Source: Mizuhopecten yessoensis
Lineage: Eukaryota
Assembly (NCBI RefSeq): GCF_002113885.1
Contig: NW_018406970.1
Coordinates: 809,960 to 873,959 of the forward strand
DNA length: 64,000 nt
Direction: 5' to 3'
Positions 1 through 11,317 of the stretch are shown here, piece by piece (within the stretch, counting starts at the first letter, position 1; each line of letters opens with the position of its first letter). The translations under genes and the position numbers were made by a program. The notes below the pieces were generated by a model. The model saw only the letters and a program-made list of their open reading frames with translations. It was not told the DNA's origin and ran no database searches.

Positions 1-1137
1 TACTAGTAGGTAACTGGTTCCACAGTCTAACAGTAGAAGGAAAAAAGGATACGTTGGATAATTTAAGTCTGTTGTTAGGTAGGATGTAGTTATCAACGTT
101 TCGATGATTATAGTGAGAGTGCGACAAGGGAAGGGAGTAGAGTGTTGAGATAGTAAGGAGCTATATTATTGTGGATTATAAAAAAAATAAAAAAATTCGA
201 CGGGATCTCCGATGGGCTAGAGAATCCCATCCAGTTTCATTGTATATAAATTGTCTACTAGTAAACCAGTGACAATGCGTCCAGCTTCAAGTTGTATTTT
301 TTCTAATTTGTCTGAATCAGTAATAGAACAACCATCCCAAAGCTCACATCAATATTTTTGAATAGAAATTATAAATGTTTTATATATTTTATTCAGTGTA
401 CGTCGGTTCAGGGTATATTTCAATTTACAGAGGACACTTAATTGTTTAACTACCTTTTTACATATATTATCAATGTATAGGTCCATTTACAGTTAGCATT
501 GATGATAACTCCCATATGCTTATGGTTTTCAACAAAATCAATACTTACATTATTAAAGTTAATTTCAATGAGGTGATCAAGATCAATATTAGAAATAAGT
601 AAAGCATCTTTTTTTGCAGGATTGAATTTGGCAAGCCACTTATCTGCCCACAATTGTATATTTACTAGATCATTATTAATTTTTTGTTACTTGTGGTGAT
701 TTATCCGAATACAAAAGAGAGGTGTCATCAGCAAATGGTTTTGATAGACTTTCTATATTATCTGTTATGTCATTAATATAAAGTATAAACAGCAATGGGC
801 CAAGAACCGAACCCTGAGGTACTCCTGCATTTGTTCTCTTAGCAGAAGATCTACTATTTCCAATAAAAACTTGTTGAGATCTATTAGTAACATAATCAAT
901 TAACCAGTCCAATAACTTTCCGGATATTCCATAGCTAGCTAGTTTCACTTCAAGTCCCCTATGCCACACTCGATCAAACGCCTTAGACAAGTTGGCTGTT
1001 TTTTTTCAAGATTGTCGCACATAGTATGCTATATTTCTATAAGCTGGTGTACAGTAGAATGACCTGATATGAAAATTATCTAAAAGGTAGTTATGTAAAT
1101 ATTTAGCGACTAATCTTTCGAAAACTTTACCAATACA
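1..1137 (-). mobile_element. Degenerate, 5'-truncated non-LTR retrotransposon (CR1/L2-like LINE) reverse transcriptase fragment
   Basis: Minus-strand translation gives RT motifs CIGKVFERLV, SKAFDRVWH, AGVPQGSVLGPLLFILYINDI, FADDT and WADKWLAKFNPAK, broken by frameshifts and deletions. At about 1136 the sequence switches to DNA homologous to 28155 and 50901 onward. Confidence 0.9.
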
Positions 1138-1665
1138 TTTACATGTGATACGGTAGAAGCTGGTAGAAGCTGGTCACGTGGCAGGGAATGACTCCTACGG
1201 GACTTATCAAACGAGTACTGTGACCAAATATTGGTAGCTTATATATATTTTGATGTTCACATTTTCTTAGAGTTTGTTTTTACTTCAGTCAATAGAGCAG
1301 TGTTTTCCTCAAGAAAATGCCAACTGTTGATGAAGAAAATGTAAACGAAAACATCGAACCTGGTTGTTCAATCTTATACCAAAGAGAATTTAGCCAATCC
1401 ACGGCCATCACATTCCAGGGTAGATTACTCGATGACAAGGAATCGGAATATCTTGAGCTGATTTTTGGCGAAAACGTCATAAAACTTTTTTGCAAATCAA
1501 GCTGCAGCACCAAATCTTGCTCTCACTACTTCAATATAAATGAAATAATGTATCTGTTCCTAGGCAACCCGAGTACGCACTCAACATCATCCGTTTTAGA
1601 CATAATTTATATACCCTAATTAACAACTGGTGTATTTACTCTTCTAATGCAGTAAACGCATGCGT
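1136..1665 (-). pseudogene. Inverted relic of C1qDC intron 3; the relic exon is not present in the window, the LINE abuts this end
   Basis: The reverse complement resembles intron 3 of the intact C1q genes (cgcatgcgtttactgcattagaa vs cgtatgcgtttactgtattagaa; ggtcacagtactcg vs gaccacaatactc). The same block occurs at 28100-28687 and 50850-51436. Confidence 0.65.
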
Positions 1666-1684
1666 ACCTTTTGATAGCCTGTTT

Positions 1685-1889
1685 ATGACTATATATTTGA
1701 TTCGTAACAGATGTGGTGTTTTGGGCAGCTCTGAATTGATAAATTACTATTGGATAACAGACGCAGTTTCAGTTACCACGAGTTTTGGCCCCCAATGATG
1801 AGACGTAAATACGGATGGCAAAGGACCATAGCAGTGGGACAGACATCCAATCTATGTCTGCGATGTATAACAGATTCCGGATTCACTGA
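1685..1889 (+). pseudogene. Relic 3' half of a gC1q exon
   Basis: With frameshifts it reads LIRN..YWITDAVSVTT..PNDET*IRMAKDHSSGTDIQSMSAMYNRFRIH*, collinear with LVRN..WTTGAASAITML.PGDEVWVRVAKDHS..DIYPTFTMFNGFLIH* of the intact genes. It ends in the same ATTCACTGAG. Confidence 0.8.
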
Positions 1890-2369
1890 GCTTAAACAAC
1901 AAAATAACATATTTGTTTCCTTGCCGCAATAGATAAACATGTATCTCAGGTAAGGAAAAAGGTATCAATTTTTACTGTAACAATTGTGGTGTTAGAAAGG
2001 CGCTGCGAAAGATATAGATAAAATATGGATTCTTATTTGTTTTGTTGTTTACGCAAGTTTTACACTGGTAGGTTTTTGTGAGGCCGTTAAACCCCGAACA
2101 AACAAACAAACAAACAAGCATTTCACACTTGTAGGCTAATTATTTGAATTCTAGACGATCTTATCCGCTTTACAGTTTTAATAAACAGATTAAAAAGCTT
2201 ATTTTTTTCTATATCTGTCTTTAATATGTGCTCCTAGCCAAAAGACAATAAGCCTGAATTGACGGCTCACCTAAACAGGTAATGGTATGATGTTTTAGGT
2301 AATCATGCTACGATAAACAACTTCGATACTTTTATGTTACCTTACATCAAATTTTAAATTCATATTGCT

Positions 2370-2681
2370 AATAATAATTATTATTTGAGGTTCGTATATA
2401 CCGCTTTATTACAACCTAGGTCGTCTCAAAGCGGTTCACAAATTCTTATCAGTGGTTATCGGGCCTTTCCAACCAGCCAATATCTTTCGCCATTAAGACG
2501 CTCACGGCTAGTATTCAATATTTCTGCCCTGCCCAACCACGTACTCATTTACAGCTGAGTAGGCTGGAACAAACGGAGTAAAGGATCTTGTTAAGGGATA
2601 CAACACAGTGCCATGTCGTGATTCGAACCCGCGACCCTTCAGTCACGAGCCCGACTTCCTACCACTTAACTAACGTGCCTC
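2370..2681 (-). mobile_element. tRNA-derived SINE with CORE-like centre and L2-like 3' tail
   Basis: Minus strand shows A-box-like TAGTTAAGTGG, B-box GGTTCGAATC, TGTGTTGTATCCCTTAACAAG, and tail GAACCGCTTTGAGAC...AAAGCGGTATATA...(ATT)n. Present at the same position upstream of all four C1q genes. Confidence 0.75.
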
Positions 2682-2845
2682 TATATGAATCCAATGTTCA
2701 TTTTACTTCCTGTTTGCAGAATTTATCAGTACAGAAAGAGGGTATATATTTGTATTCATGTGAAAGTGTGCTTCGAGCATTTCTACATATTTAATGTATA
2801 CACACTTCGTCCTATATCTCGTTCATGGTCGTGTGGAACTAACGT

Positions 2846-2883
2846 CTTATCTGACCTACATGTATACATGCCACACTATAAAA
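2846..2883 (+). promoter_or_regulatory. Putative C1qDC core promoter: GATA-type site (CTTATC) and TATA box
   Basis: TATAAAA at 2877-2883 lies about 53 bp upstream of the ATG. Equivalent TATA boxes are at 15026, 29884 and 52608, each preceded by the same CTTATCTGACCTACA block. Confidence 0.55.
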
Positions 2884-2929
2884 TTGTTTGCGCGTTTGAT
2901 CAGACCTCGATTTTGAAACGATTGTAAAC

Positions 2930-5107
2930 ATGGCATTGCTGCTGTCAGTTCTGGCCATATGCATCCTTCTATTGGAAGCGTCCTTTCCGGTATCCAGCCA
3001 CTCAGTGACTGGTGATGAAACTTCTGATACAGAAATGCGTGAAATTCGACTTCTCTTAAACAAGTATGGAGCGCAAATAGGTAATACAAGTGTATGTATC
3101 GTGTTTGTCTGCTCAACATTTATGTTTATATTATTGCTTAAAGTGTATGTCTTGTTGCTGTCAAACATGTAGTGCGGGTATCATCAATAGTCAAGAGTCA
3201 AGAACCTTTATTTAACGTCGCGTATACATGTAACATAATAACATTAGCAATGTAGTGCTATTCTTGCGGCAAAACATATATAAAATTTCGTACTTATTTT
3301 TCCAAAATGAGGATAACAAAATTGACAAAAAATCGTCATCAAATAATTGTAAAACAAATCCTGTAGGATTAAGCTTAATCCTGTAAGATATGTTGAATTT
3401 ACAGCAAATTGATTTTATTGTTGTATCTATGAGTGTAATATTCAATATCCCGAGTCAAAAGTCTACAAGTAGTGATAAACCCGATCTTTCCATTATCAGT
3501 ATTGCAATCACGAGTACTTTCCAATCTTCCTTCACAGAAACTCTACAGAGGGAGAATGCACGACTTGAAGAGAAAACCATGACACTTGAAAAGAAAATCA
3601 TGACACTTGAAGAGAAAGTCACCTCACCTGAAGATAAATCACCGACATTTGAAGATAAAACACCGACATTTGAAGAACAACGTAAGCCTAAAACAGACCG
3701 AGTGAAAAACACCAAACTAGGGCCAGACAAACTCGGTATACCAGACGGTTCGGCAATATCCGACGGAAAGTCCCAATCAACAAAAAGAAACTCTGGTATG
3801 AAATTACATTGTTTCCTTAACTATAAAGATACCGGTAAATGCACGGCACATTTTAAAACGAGAGGATACCGATATGAATTAGCATTGGTAAAACAAGTTC
3901 ATAGGTCTTGATAAACAGGCAACAGTGCTATGTTGCGAAAACCAATGTAGACTGTCTGTACAACACGTGTACCTGATCTGTTTTAAAATTCAGATGGAGC
4001 TTACTTTTAACATGGGCTTCTTAAAAAAGGAAATGTGATACTAGCCAATCCTTTCTTTTATGTGTACTTATTTGCTCTTCAGAAGACAAGAGAAAATGAA
4101 GACCTACACACATTCTTGATGTTGATATAAAAGATTGTTTCATGTTATGATAACAACGTGTTATACGTCCGTACACTATTAGAACGTGTTTTCCTTGTAT
4201 TCCCTTCCTTGACAAATCGATACCTTTTTCTGATTACAGATGAAGCCGTTAAGATAGTAAACCCTCGTGTTGGTAAGCAATGCTTGTCTGCATTTATTTG
4301 TGTCCGTTTTTATGAAGTGATAACAATACCATGAACTTATATTTGTAAACGAGATTAGGTTATTATTTCTAGGTAGTTTCGAAACGATCATGATATCCCC
4401 CCCCCCAAAAAAAAGAAAAAGAATGTCAAAAGAACATTTTCTCAAACAAATATTCATTTGTTATTAGTTTCTCACTCAATAGATGGACGCGTAGTTTTAA
4501 TTATTAAGCTATTCTATCGACTGCATCAAAAACAAAATACCATTTACTTTTATTCACCTCATTTTGACCACAATACTCTTTAGCAAAGTCGCGCGTAGTC
4601 ATTTTTTGATATGTGACATTTTACTGCTATATCATATGTGCCCATGTAATTCATGAATAGGTTTTTTTCATCTTTTATTTAAGGATATTATATTTCACAG
4701 ATTCCACAAACGACAGCATTATTGCATTCCATGCCATTCTCGCACATACTGTAAGTGATCCTGCTGGAGAACATATCGTTACGTTTGACCACATCATCAC
4801 CAATATCGGAGCCCATTACAGCTCTAACAGCGGTGTTTTTACCTGTGTTGAGGTCGGCGTATACCAGTTTTCATGGATGGTCAAGGTTAATAATAAGCAA
4901 TGGATAACTACAGAGTTGGTACGTAACGGTGTGGTGTTTGGGTCAGCCATGAGCGGAGACGACGTCTTTTGGACAACGGGCGCAGCATCAGCTATCACGA
5001 TGCTGTCTCCCGGTGATCAGGTCTGGGTACGGGTGGCACAGGATCATAGCGGTGGGTCAGACATCTTACCAACGTTTACAATATTTAATGGATTTATGAT
5101 TCACTGA
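2930..5107 (+). CDS. Secreted C1q domain-containing protein (signal peptide + coiled coil + gC1q), copy 1, about 282 aa
   Basis: Exons 2930-3080, 3538-3795, 4240-4272, 4701-5107; all introns GT-AG phase 1, frame open. Signal peptide MALLLSVLAICILLLEASFPVSS. gC1q motifs IAFHA, IVTFDHIITNIGAHYSSNSGVFTCVEVGVYQFSW, LSPGDQVWV, FNGFMIH*. AATAAA at 5118. Confidence 0.92.
3561..3686 (+). repeat. Coding 21-bp (heptad) tandem repeat, 6 units, in C1qDC exon 2
   Basis: The unit ACA(C/T)TTGAAGA(G/T)AAA... encodes RLEEKTM TLEKKIM TLEEKVT SPEDKSP TFEDKTP TFEEQRK. Equivalent arrays occur in all four paralogs. Confidence 0.85.
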
Positions 5108-5907
5108 GTTGCTAAAAAATAAACCTAAAAATATGTGTACGTGTAGTTGTATAATTCTTTTAATTAAAAGATGATACCTATAAGGCAAATATAAAAAAAA
5201 ATATAAAAGTGTTCTGGAATGTCTATAACTTATAACTTATGAACGATCATTTCTTTAAAGAAACCCATACATTGCGGGACTTTTTGAAAAATAAATGAGA
5301 TGAAATTTACGAATAAAATAAACAAGATTGCTCCGAATGTGAAAAACAATTGTGGGACTAGGCCAGGATCCGAACCCTGAATTTCCTATACTTGATATTG
5401 TTTTTACTATTTCTCTAACTGATTGAGTAAGCTGGTCAATAGAAGTGTCCTATCCCAACTGTGCTAAAGATATATCCAAATGAAAGTTAAGGGGAGGTAA
5501 CTGTTTATAGGTAAAACCACAGAGCAGTGGGACCAGGATCTTTAAGTAAATAATTGTGTTTAAACTTGCTTTACGTAATTACAAGCATTGTCTACGCCAA
5601 GACAATATGAAGAAGTATACATTCCAGCTGTATACATATTATTCAAAACAAAATGTATCTTTAAGGTATCGTGTTAATTTTACCAGATTTGTAAAATATT
5701 CAATTTTGCTAGGTTCATCTTTCCATTTAATTTCTCTAAAGTAACAAAAACGATTGTCTTTCATTTTTTTCGTTATGAGGTTTCCAAGATGTGTTTTTTT
5801 CAATTTAAGTATATTTCAAATCAATTTGCTAAGAAATAAGAAATTTATGAATACAAAAAATTGATTATAAAAATAAATTTATAATTAATAAATGGACACA
5901 TAAGATA

Positions 5908-7098
5908 CAGTTGTGTGACCGCACAACGCACCAAAAATAGCGTGCGTACAAAGTGCATACATCGTTCACACACCGTCCGCACATCGTCCACACATGGTGC
6001 GCACAACTTTGCGATTTAACAATAGTTCGCCCCGTTGTGCGCTTCTTTCCGCACAACTATACGATTTGGTACAATTTGTTGATCAATATTACGGAATGAA
6101 AAATATACGGAAAGCTTGTGTACAATAATGTACACTGTATGTATTACTGTAATTTCTCATCACAATAATTTAGATTGGTCGGGTGGTGCAGTGGATAGCA
6201 CATTTGCCTTTCACCAAGGCGGCCGGGGTTCGATTCCCCGATCGTACGTGAAAAGGTTGGGGTCACCTGCCCGACCACGTGGGTTTTCTCCGGGTACTCC
6301 GGTTTCCCCCAACACGCTAACATCCGGGCCAACAAGAGTGACCAATATAAGTTGAAATAACTTGTTTCATAATTGTTGTAAAATAAATAAAGTTTATATT
6401 ATAATTTAGATTATGTACAATTTTACAATGCGTGTTACACGGTATTATAGTGACCGTTAGACTGTCAAGAATGGGTTTGAATCCAAGGCAACAGAACGGG
6501 TAAATAACAATTTGATGAGTACCCGGAGTTTTACCTGGCCCGTGCCTGACTGGAATAGCTGATATGTGATACCGTAAGACCGTTATTAAAACACAACTGG
6601 ACGTTTAGTATTTGTTATTTGCATTTGGTTTGACTTATAGCTCCCTTTCTCGTGGATTTTCACACCCCGACGAGTTACGAAAGTGCCTCGGGCGAGGGAG
6701 AACTACGGTCCAAGTATATGTAAAAAGTGGCTATGTTTACCTGTATACGGGACTGTGTTGTTATTTTACATGTGTCGATTAAGGTCGTTTAAAAAACCCA
6801 CCGAAAAACACAATTTATCAATTTAAGAAAGTATAGAAAGAAAGAAAAGCTTATAGATGTAGCTAGAATATAGAAACATACTTAAAAATCCGGTTTATAT
6901 TTTTAAACACAAAACCGTATATATTGTTCAGCAATTCCTCTATTTACACCCAACCACGATTGTTATCGCACAAAGTTCGTCCATCGTGTGCACAAATGTG
7001 CGCAAGCAATGATCGTCCACTTTTTTTTATCGTTCACACATCGTTCACACATCATGCACACACCACACATCGTGTAACGTTGTGCGATCCCACAACTG
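5908..7098. mobile_element. Non-autonomous TIR DNA transposon (TA target duplication, Tc1/mariner-type) with nested SINE
   Basis: Ends CAGTTGTGTGACCGCACAACG / CGTTGTGCGATCCCACAACTG are flanked by TA, with subterminal CACATCGT repeats. A second copy is at 33160-34137 and the empty site (aagaTAaatt) is at about 18043 in unit 2. Confidence 0.88.
6177..6400 (+). mobile_element. tRNA-derived SINE with V-SINE-like core
   Basis: A box GGTGCAGTGG, B box GGTTCGATTCC, core GGGTTTTCTCCGGGTACTCCGGTTTCCCCC. A 12-bp TSD ATAATTTAGATT lies at 6165-6176 and 6401-6412; the empty site is at about 33415-33426. Confidence 0.9.
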
Positions 7099-10000
7099 TA
7101 AATGAACTATGTATATATTCTATTAGATTAAAAGAACTTTATTTTGTCCTGTTGACTTCTTTATTTAAGTCCTCAAGAATGTTGTTTAATAAATGCGGTA
7201 ACGTTCTCATAAAATATACATTTGGTCGTCGAAGTATTCATGATGATATATTGATATGCGACAATTAATTATTATTGATTGATTGTGAAACATGATACCC
7301 ATATTCAATAAAAAGTTGTTTTTGTTTTGTTTCCAAAATAGACACCCCACAAAAAAAAGAAAACCTCTGCTAAATTACAGTTGCACTTTCAACTTTTTTC
7401 CCTGCAGAACGATTTGAATAACATGTAAGAGCTTCAGTAGAAATTAAAGCAATAGTTGTTACAGGGAGTTTAATTGAGGTAAAAACATATATGGGCCTAC
7501 CATTCTGTTAGGGAGGCCAGTAGCCTCTACAACGTATGGGCTGAATCACTACTCTATTTTATTTTGTGAACGTGGAAATCTTTAAAACATATTTAGGAAA
7601 TTGAATCGAGTTGTTGAAAAGTCAGCAAGTATGCATGCCATTTGCACTAATTTAATTCTTTTTTTCAACTTTTGAAATTTCAAAGTTTGGTGAATGACTG
7701 CATATCGACACGTTAAATGATAATTTTTCACCATAAACGACATACTTCACAATATCGCATCAATGTTAATTTTGTGAATAATTTATAAACCGTGGAAATT
7801 ACACACTATTTCATTCTGTGTCTTCATCCTACCATCAGGTCGATATCGGATCAAAGTCAGACAGATACACCAACATACCGCCTTCATCATGCATTTCACA
7901 CATGTTAACATACATTACTCATAGAGTCACCTGTTTAAATACCCTAAATTGGACTCTAAACCGAGTTTAACCAAACTTAACCTAAAGGAAAAAAATATCT
8001 TACCTATCTGATGATCGACGGTCATCAATGAGTCACCAGCCCTTGGTAACTTTGCATTTTCTTTGGATTATTCATACATTCTTACCTTGTTTGTTAGTCA
8101 TTCCGGTCGAGAATGGTACGATACCTCAGCAGTAATCTACTGACAGGGACTACTAATAGATGATATACACAGTGTCTTGTAGCAGTAGATCGCACTCGAT
8201 GCATCGAAACTTGATGGCGAGAATGAGGCATGTTGTCTTGCTCGACAGCCTGGATCAGTATGGAAAGAAGAATATGATTCTTAATGAATCATCTGGCTTC
8301 CCGGAAAATGAGAACGAATACACCAACGACCTGTTCCTCCATGTGTCCTCTGTCGCCTTTCATCCTGCAGAACTGCAAAGGTCTCATAAAGTTGGAATGT
8401 ATAGTCACCATGGAAACTCCAAAAGTTCGAGTGGCCAAAGCTGCTTTAATTCGGGTATTGCTGTGGTATCAATACTTCACGAAAGTTAAGTTTCTTAGGT
8501 TTCGTTCTTTGTCACAAAGCTTGTTTATGAAGGAAATGATTATGTCGTTCCAATTCTATCCACTTGTTTTAGCTAACACTTTGGTGGAATTAACGTAACG
8601 TGAAACAAACATCACGAATCATGACTAAGGTTATCAGGTTAGAAGTGTAGAGCACAGAATGTCAAATCCATAACACCAGGATCTGTGAGTGCAGCATATT
8701 TTACATTCACAAGAGGGTATGTGTCCAGAACATTTTAGCATAAAGGTGATTGTTCATACTTATACTTGCCCTCTAACAAAGACTATCTATCACATAGTGG
8801 CTTTTTATCATATCTGTTTCCCTGACCCCGAATTATTCCCACTGCAGCGTAACACTCTAGTGTGAGATCCTAGATCATTTTGTATAACTACCCAACTTTC
8901 TGTGTCATTCTATTCAACTTGATTTCGAATGTCAGAGTCTTAACATTATCAGAACGATCAATGATCATGTGTGCCATACATATTTTCCCAACAAATACTT
9001 TCCTTTCTTTAAATTTTTCGATAAGAGGAAACAACAAAAAGAGTCGTCTCTAGCGAGAGGTTTGAAGTGTAATAATGAAATGTTGACGTTTTAACAGGTA
9101 CAAATAACGACAACTAGAATGGCACAAGTAGAAGCAGCATCTACAATACAGTGATATTATTTCAAAGTACCAAAGATGAAACAAAGGGGTATATTCATGC
9201 AAAATAAACCCGAACATGACGGTAAAACAATTCCCGCCCCGTAGCCACAGCGACGCAAAAAAGTAATCGTTCAGAAATGTTTTTTAAAACAGTAATGCAA
9301 ATGTTGCCATGAGATGTCTCTAATGTATTGCAATATAGGGTTGTATTTGTAATAACTATAAAACGGTATATACTTCCTTTTATTAATTAGTAAAGGATAT
9401 ATTTTGCGGTATTTGTGTTCAGAAACTCTTAAAGCCAAACAATGATATTATCATCCTCGTCGAGACATTTTTGCACAATTTTTGCACGTGCATTGACTGT
9501 TGCCATTGTATAGATAATTCTTTATTTGGTTTCTTTATATTATCCGTTCGAATGCCAGTTGTGTATAGACTACGTATAGATCCCAAAGGTATCAAACTGG
9601 TACCAAACTCAGTCTTTTGCACAGAACTGTTGCATTTTGCTGAAGCGATGGAATGTTTGTATTTCATTAGAAAAAGATATCAACTTACACAAATGATGTA
9701 AAGTCTTCATAAACAAAACGCCAAATTCAAACAAAGGTTACTTTTATTATGGTGTAAGTTGAAAATGATACAAAAAACATTCATAAAAGCTTGATCAAAC
9801 TACAATTCAATATTTGAAACAGATATATATTTATTTATTTATTTCCAATTTAACAGACCCAAGGGTCAGCTTATAGAATGGATAACAACAATACAACACA
9901 AGTATGAAATATCACAGTCAGTTATGTATGTAACACAGACTTAAAGATACTCATATGTAAAACAAAAGGAATTAGTGATAGCAAATATTGTGAACCGTAC

Positions 10001-11317
10001 TTTGAACTCTGCGAGAAAGGAACAAAATATATCACAGTCTTAGATGCTAAGAAACACAACAAACTACGGATATTTTAAGAACCTAAAGGGTAAATAGTGA
10101 CAAAACAGAATCACTATCTGATTACCATCTGAACTAATTATTTGGAGTACAAGGTAAATGCTGAGACACGAAAACGCGTGAGTACTTTAGTATAGCGAAG
10201 CAATAGAGCAATATCAAAAACAAAATATTTTACCGCAATTACAATCAAGTGCTCACGAAATGAAATTACATAATGAATAAAATTTATGAAAGAAAAACAT
10301 ATACAATTCAATTTGAAAACGTTGACTACACTTGAATGCGAAATGTGTTATTTGTGAACATTGTATCGCTAGTTAAGACGTTCTACTTTAACATTTGTTC
10401 TTGCATGTCTTTGAAAGTGTCGGGTTCTGATGCCCAACACTTACAGATGTTTTCTGTGACCAAAAGGCATGGGCCCTTGTGTCCCGCGTGATGTCACAAT
10501 TATTATTCCTTGTCGGGATGGTACACCAAGTCTGTCGCAATTACGAAAGCATCCTGTAACACAAAGGAAATATCCGAAATAGTAGGGCAATACGAATTCC
10601 CCCGCCGCCACCATATTCCTACCTTCACCCGATCAGTGTTGAAGTCAACTTGGTTTCAATTCTGATTCCGAGACGTTTCATTTGATGTCGAATATAATGC
10701 GTAAGTAAATGGATGCACTTACCGTATGGAGGTAGTGTATACAGTGTGCTATAGATGCATTGTAGCTTGACCCCTGACCTTCTGATTTATGAAGCATACC
10801 AAACAAGCACTTCTGGTGAAAAAAAACCAATGCATGAAGTTTGAGTTTATCTTCGTCCAAGGAAACCAATTTCATATTCAAATTATTAATGATCTTGACA
10901 TTTAAAATTATATTACCTGCAAGGCAATATTCCAAACAAGCCGTTTCAGCGAGGATATGCTGTTTGAAGTGTGGGTAGATTTAGCCCATAGACGTATCAA
11001 TAAATACATGTAAGACGTTTTTAAAGTTTGTTTTATTCAAAACAATCAGTCATCATCTTCATCGTCGCCATCACCATCAATACATATGTACGTGTTATCC
11101 TAACGTCTTTATTTAATAGCACTTTTTTAAAATTCATCTACATATGATCTACATATGATCACGCTTATACCAAAGTCTTATTTTAACTAGGGACACACAA
11201 GCGACCAAAATATATCTGTTGTCCCAATGGCAATATTTGGGATCTTTATATTTCTTTTTACTTATAACTACATTTACCTTTTCTTTCCAAGCGCTTTGCT
11301 TGACAACAATTCACTTT

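Noticed and set aside
1770-1846. Minus-strand signal-peptide-like frame MSVPLLWSFAIRIYVSSLGAKTR followed by a GT
   Set aside because: Not preserved in the paralogous positions (stop or frameshift). The segment is better explained as the plus-strand gC1q relic.
3455-3730. Minus-strand Ser/Phe-rich ORFs (also 15505-15696, 30403-30750, 53146-53459) and ORFs antisense to C1q exon 1
   Set aside because: They are antisense shadows of the C1qDC coding exons and the heptad repeat.
5350-5437. Minus-strand tRNA-like fragment (GGTTCGGATCCTGG), also near 17495-17578 and 32597-32680
   Set aside because: Too degenerate to fold as a cloverleaf. Probably an old repeat remnant; family not assignable by eye.
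6177-6245. tRNA-like sequence with A and B boxes
   Set aside because: It is the head of a SINE, continuing into a V-like core and bounded by a TSD; it is not a tRNA gene.
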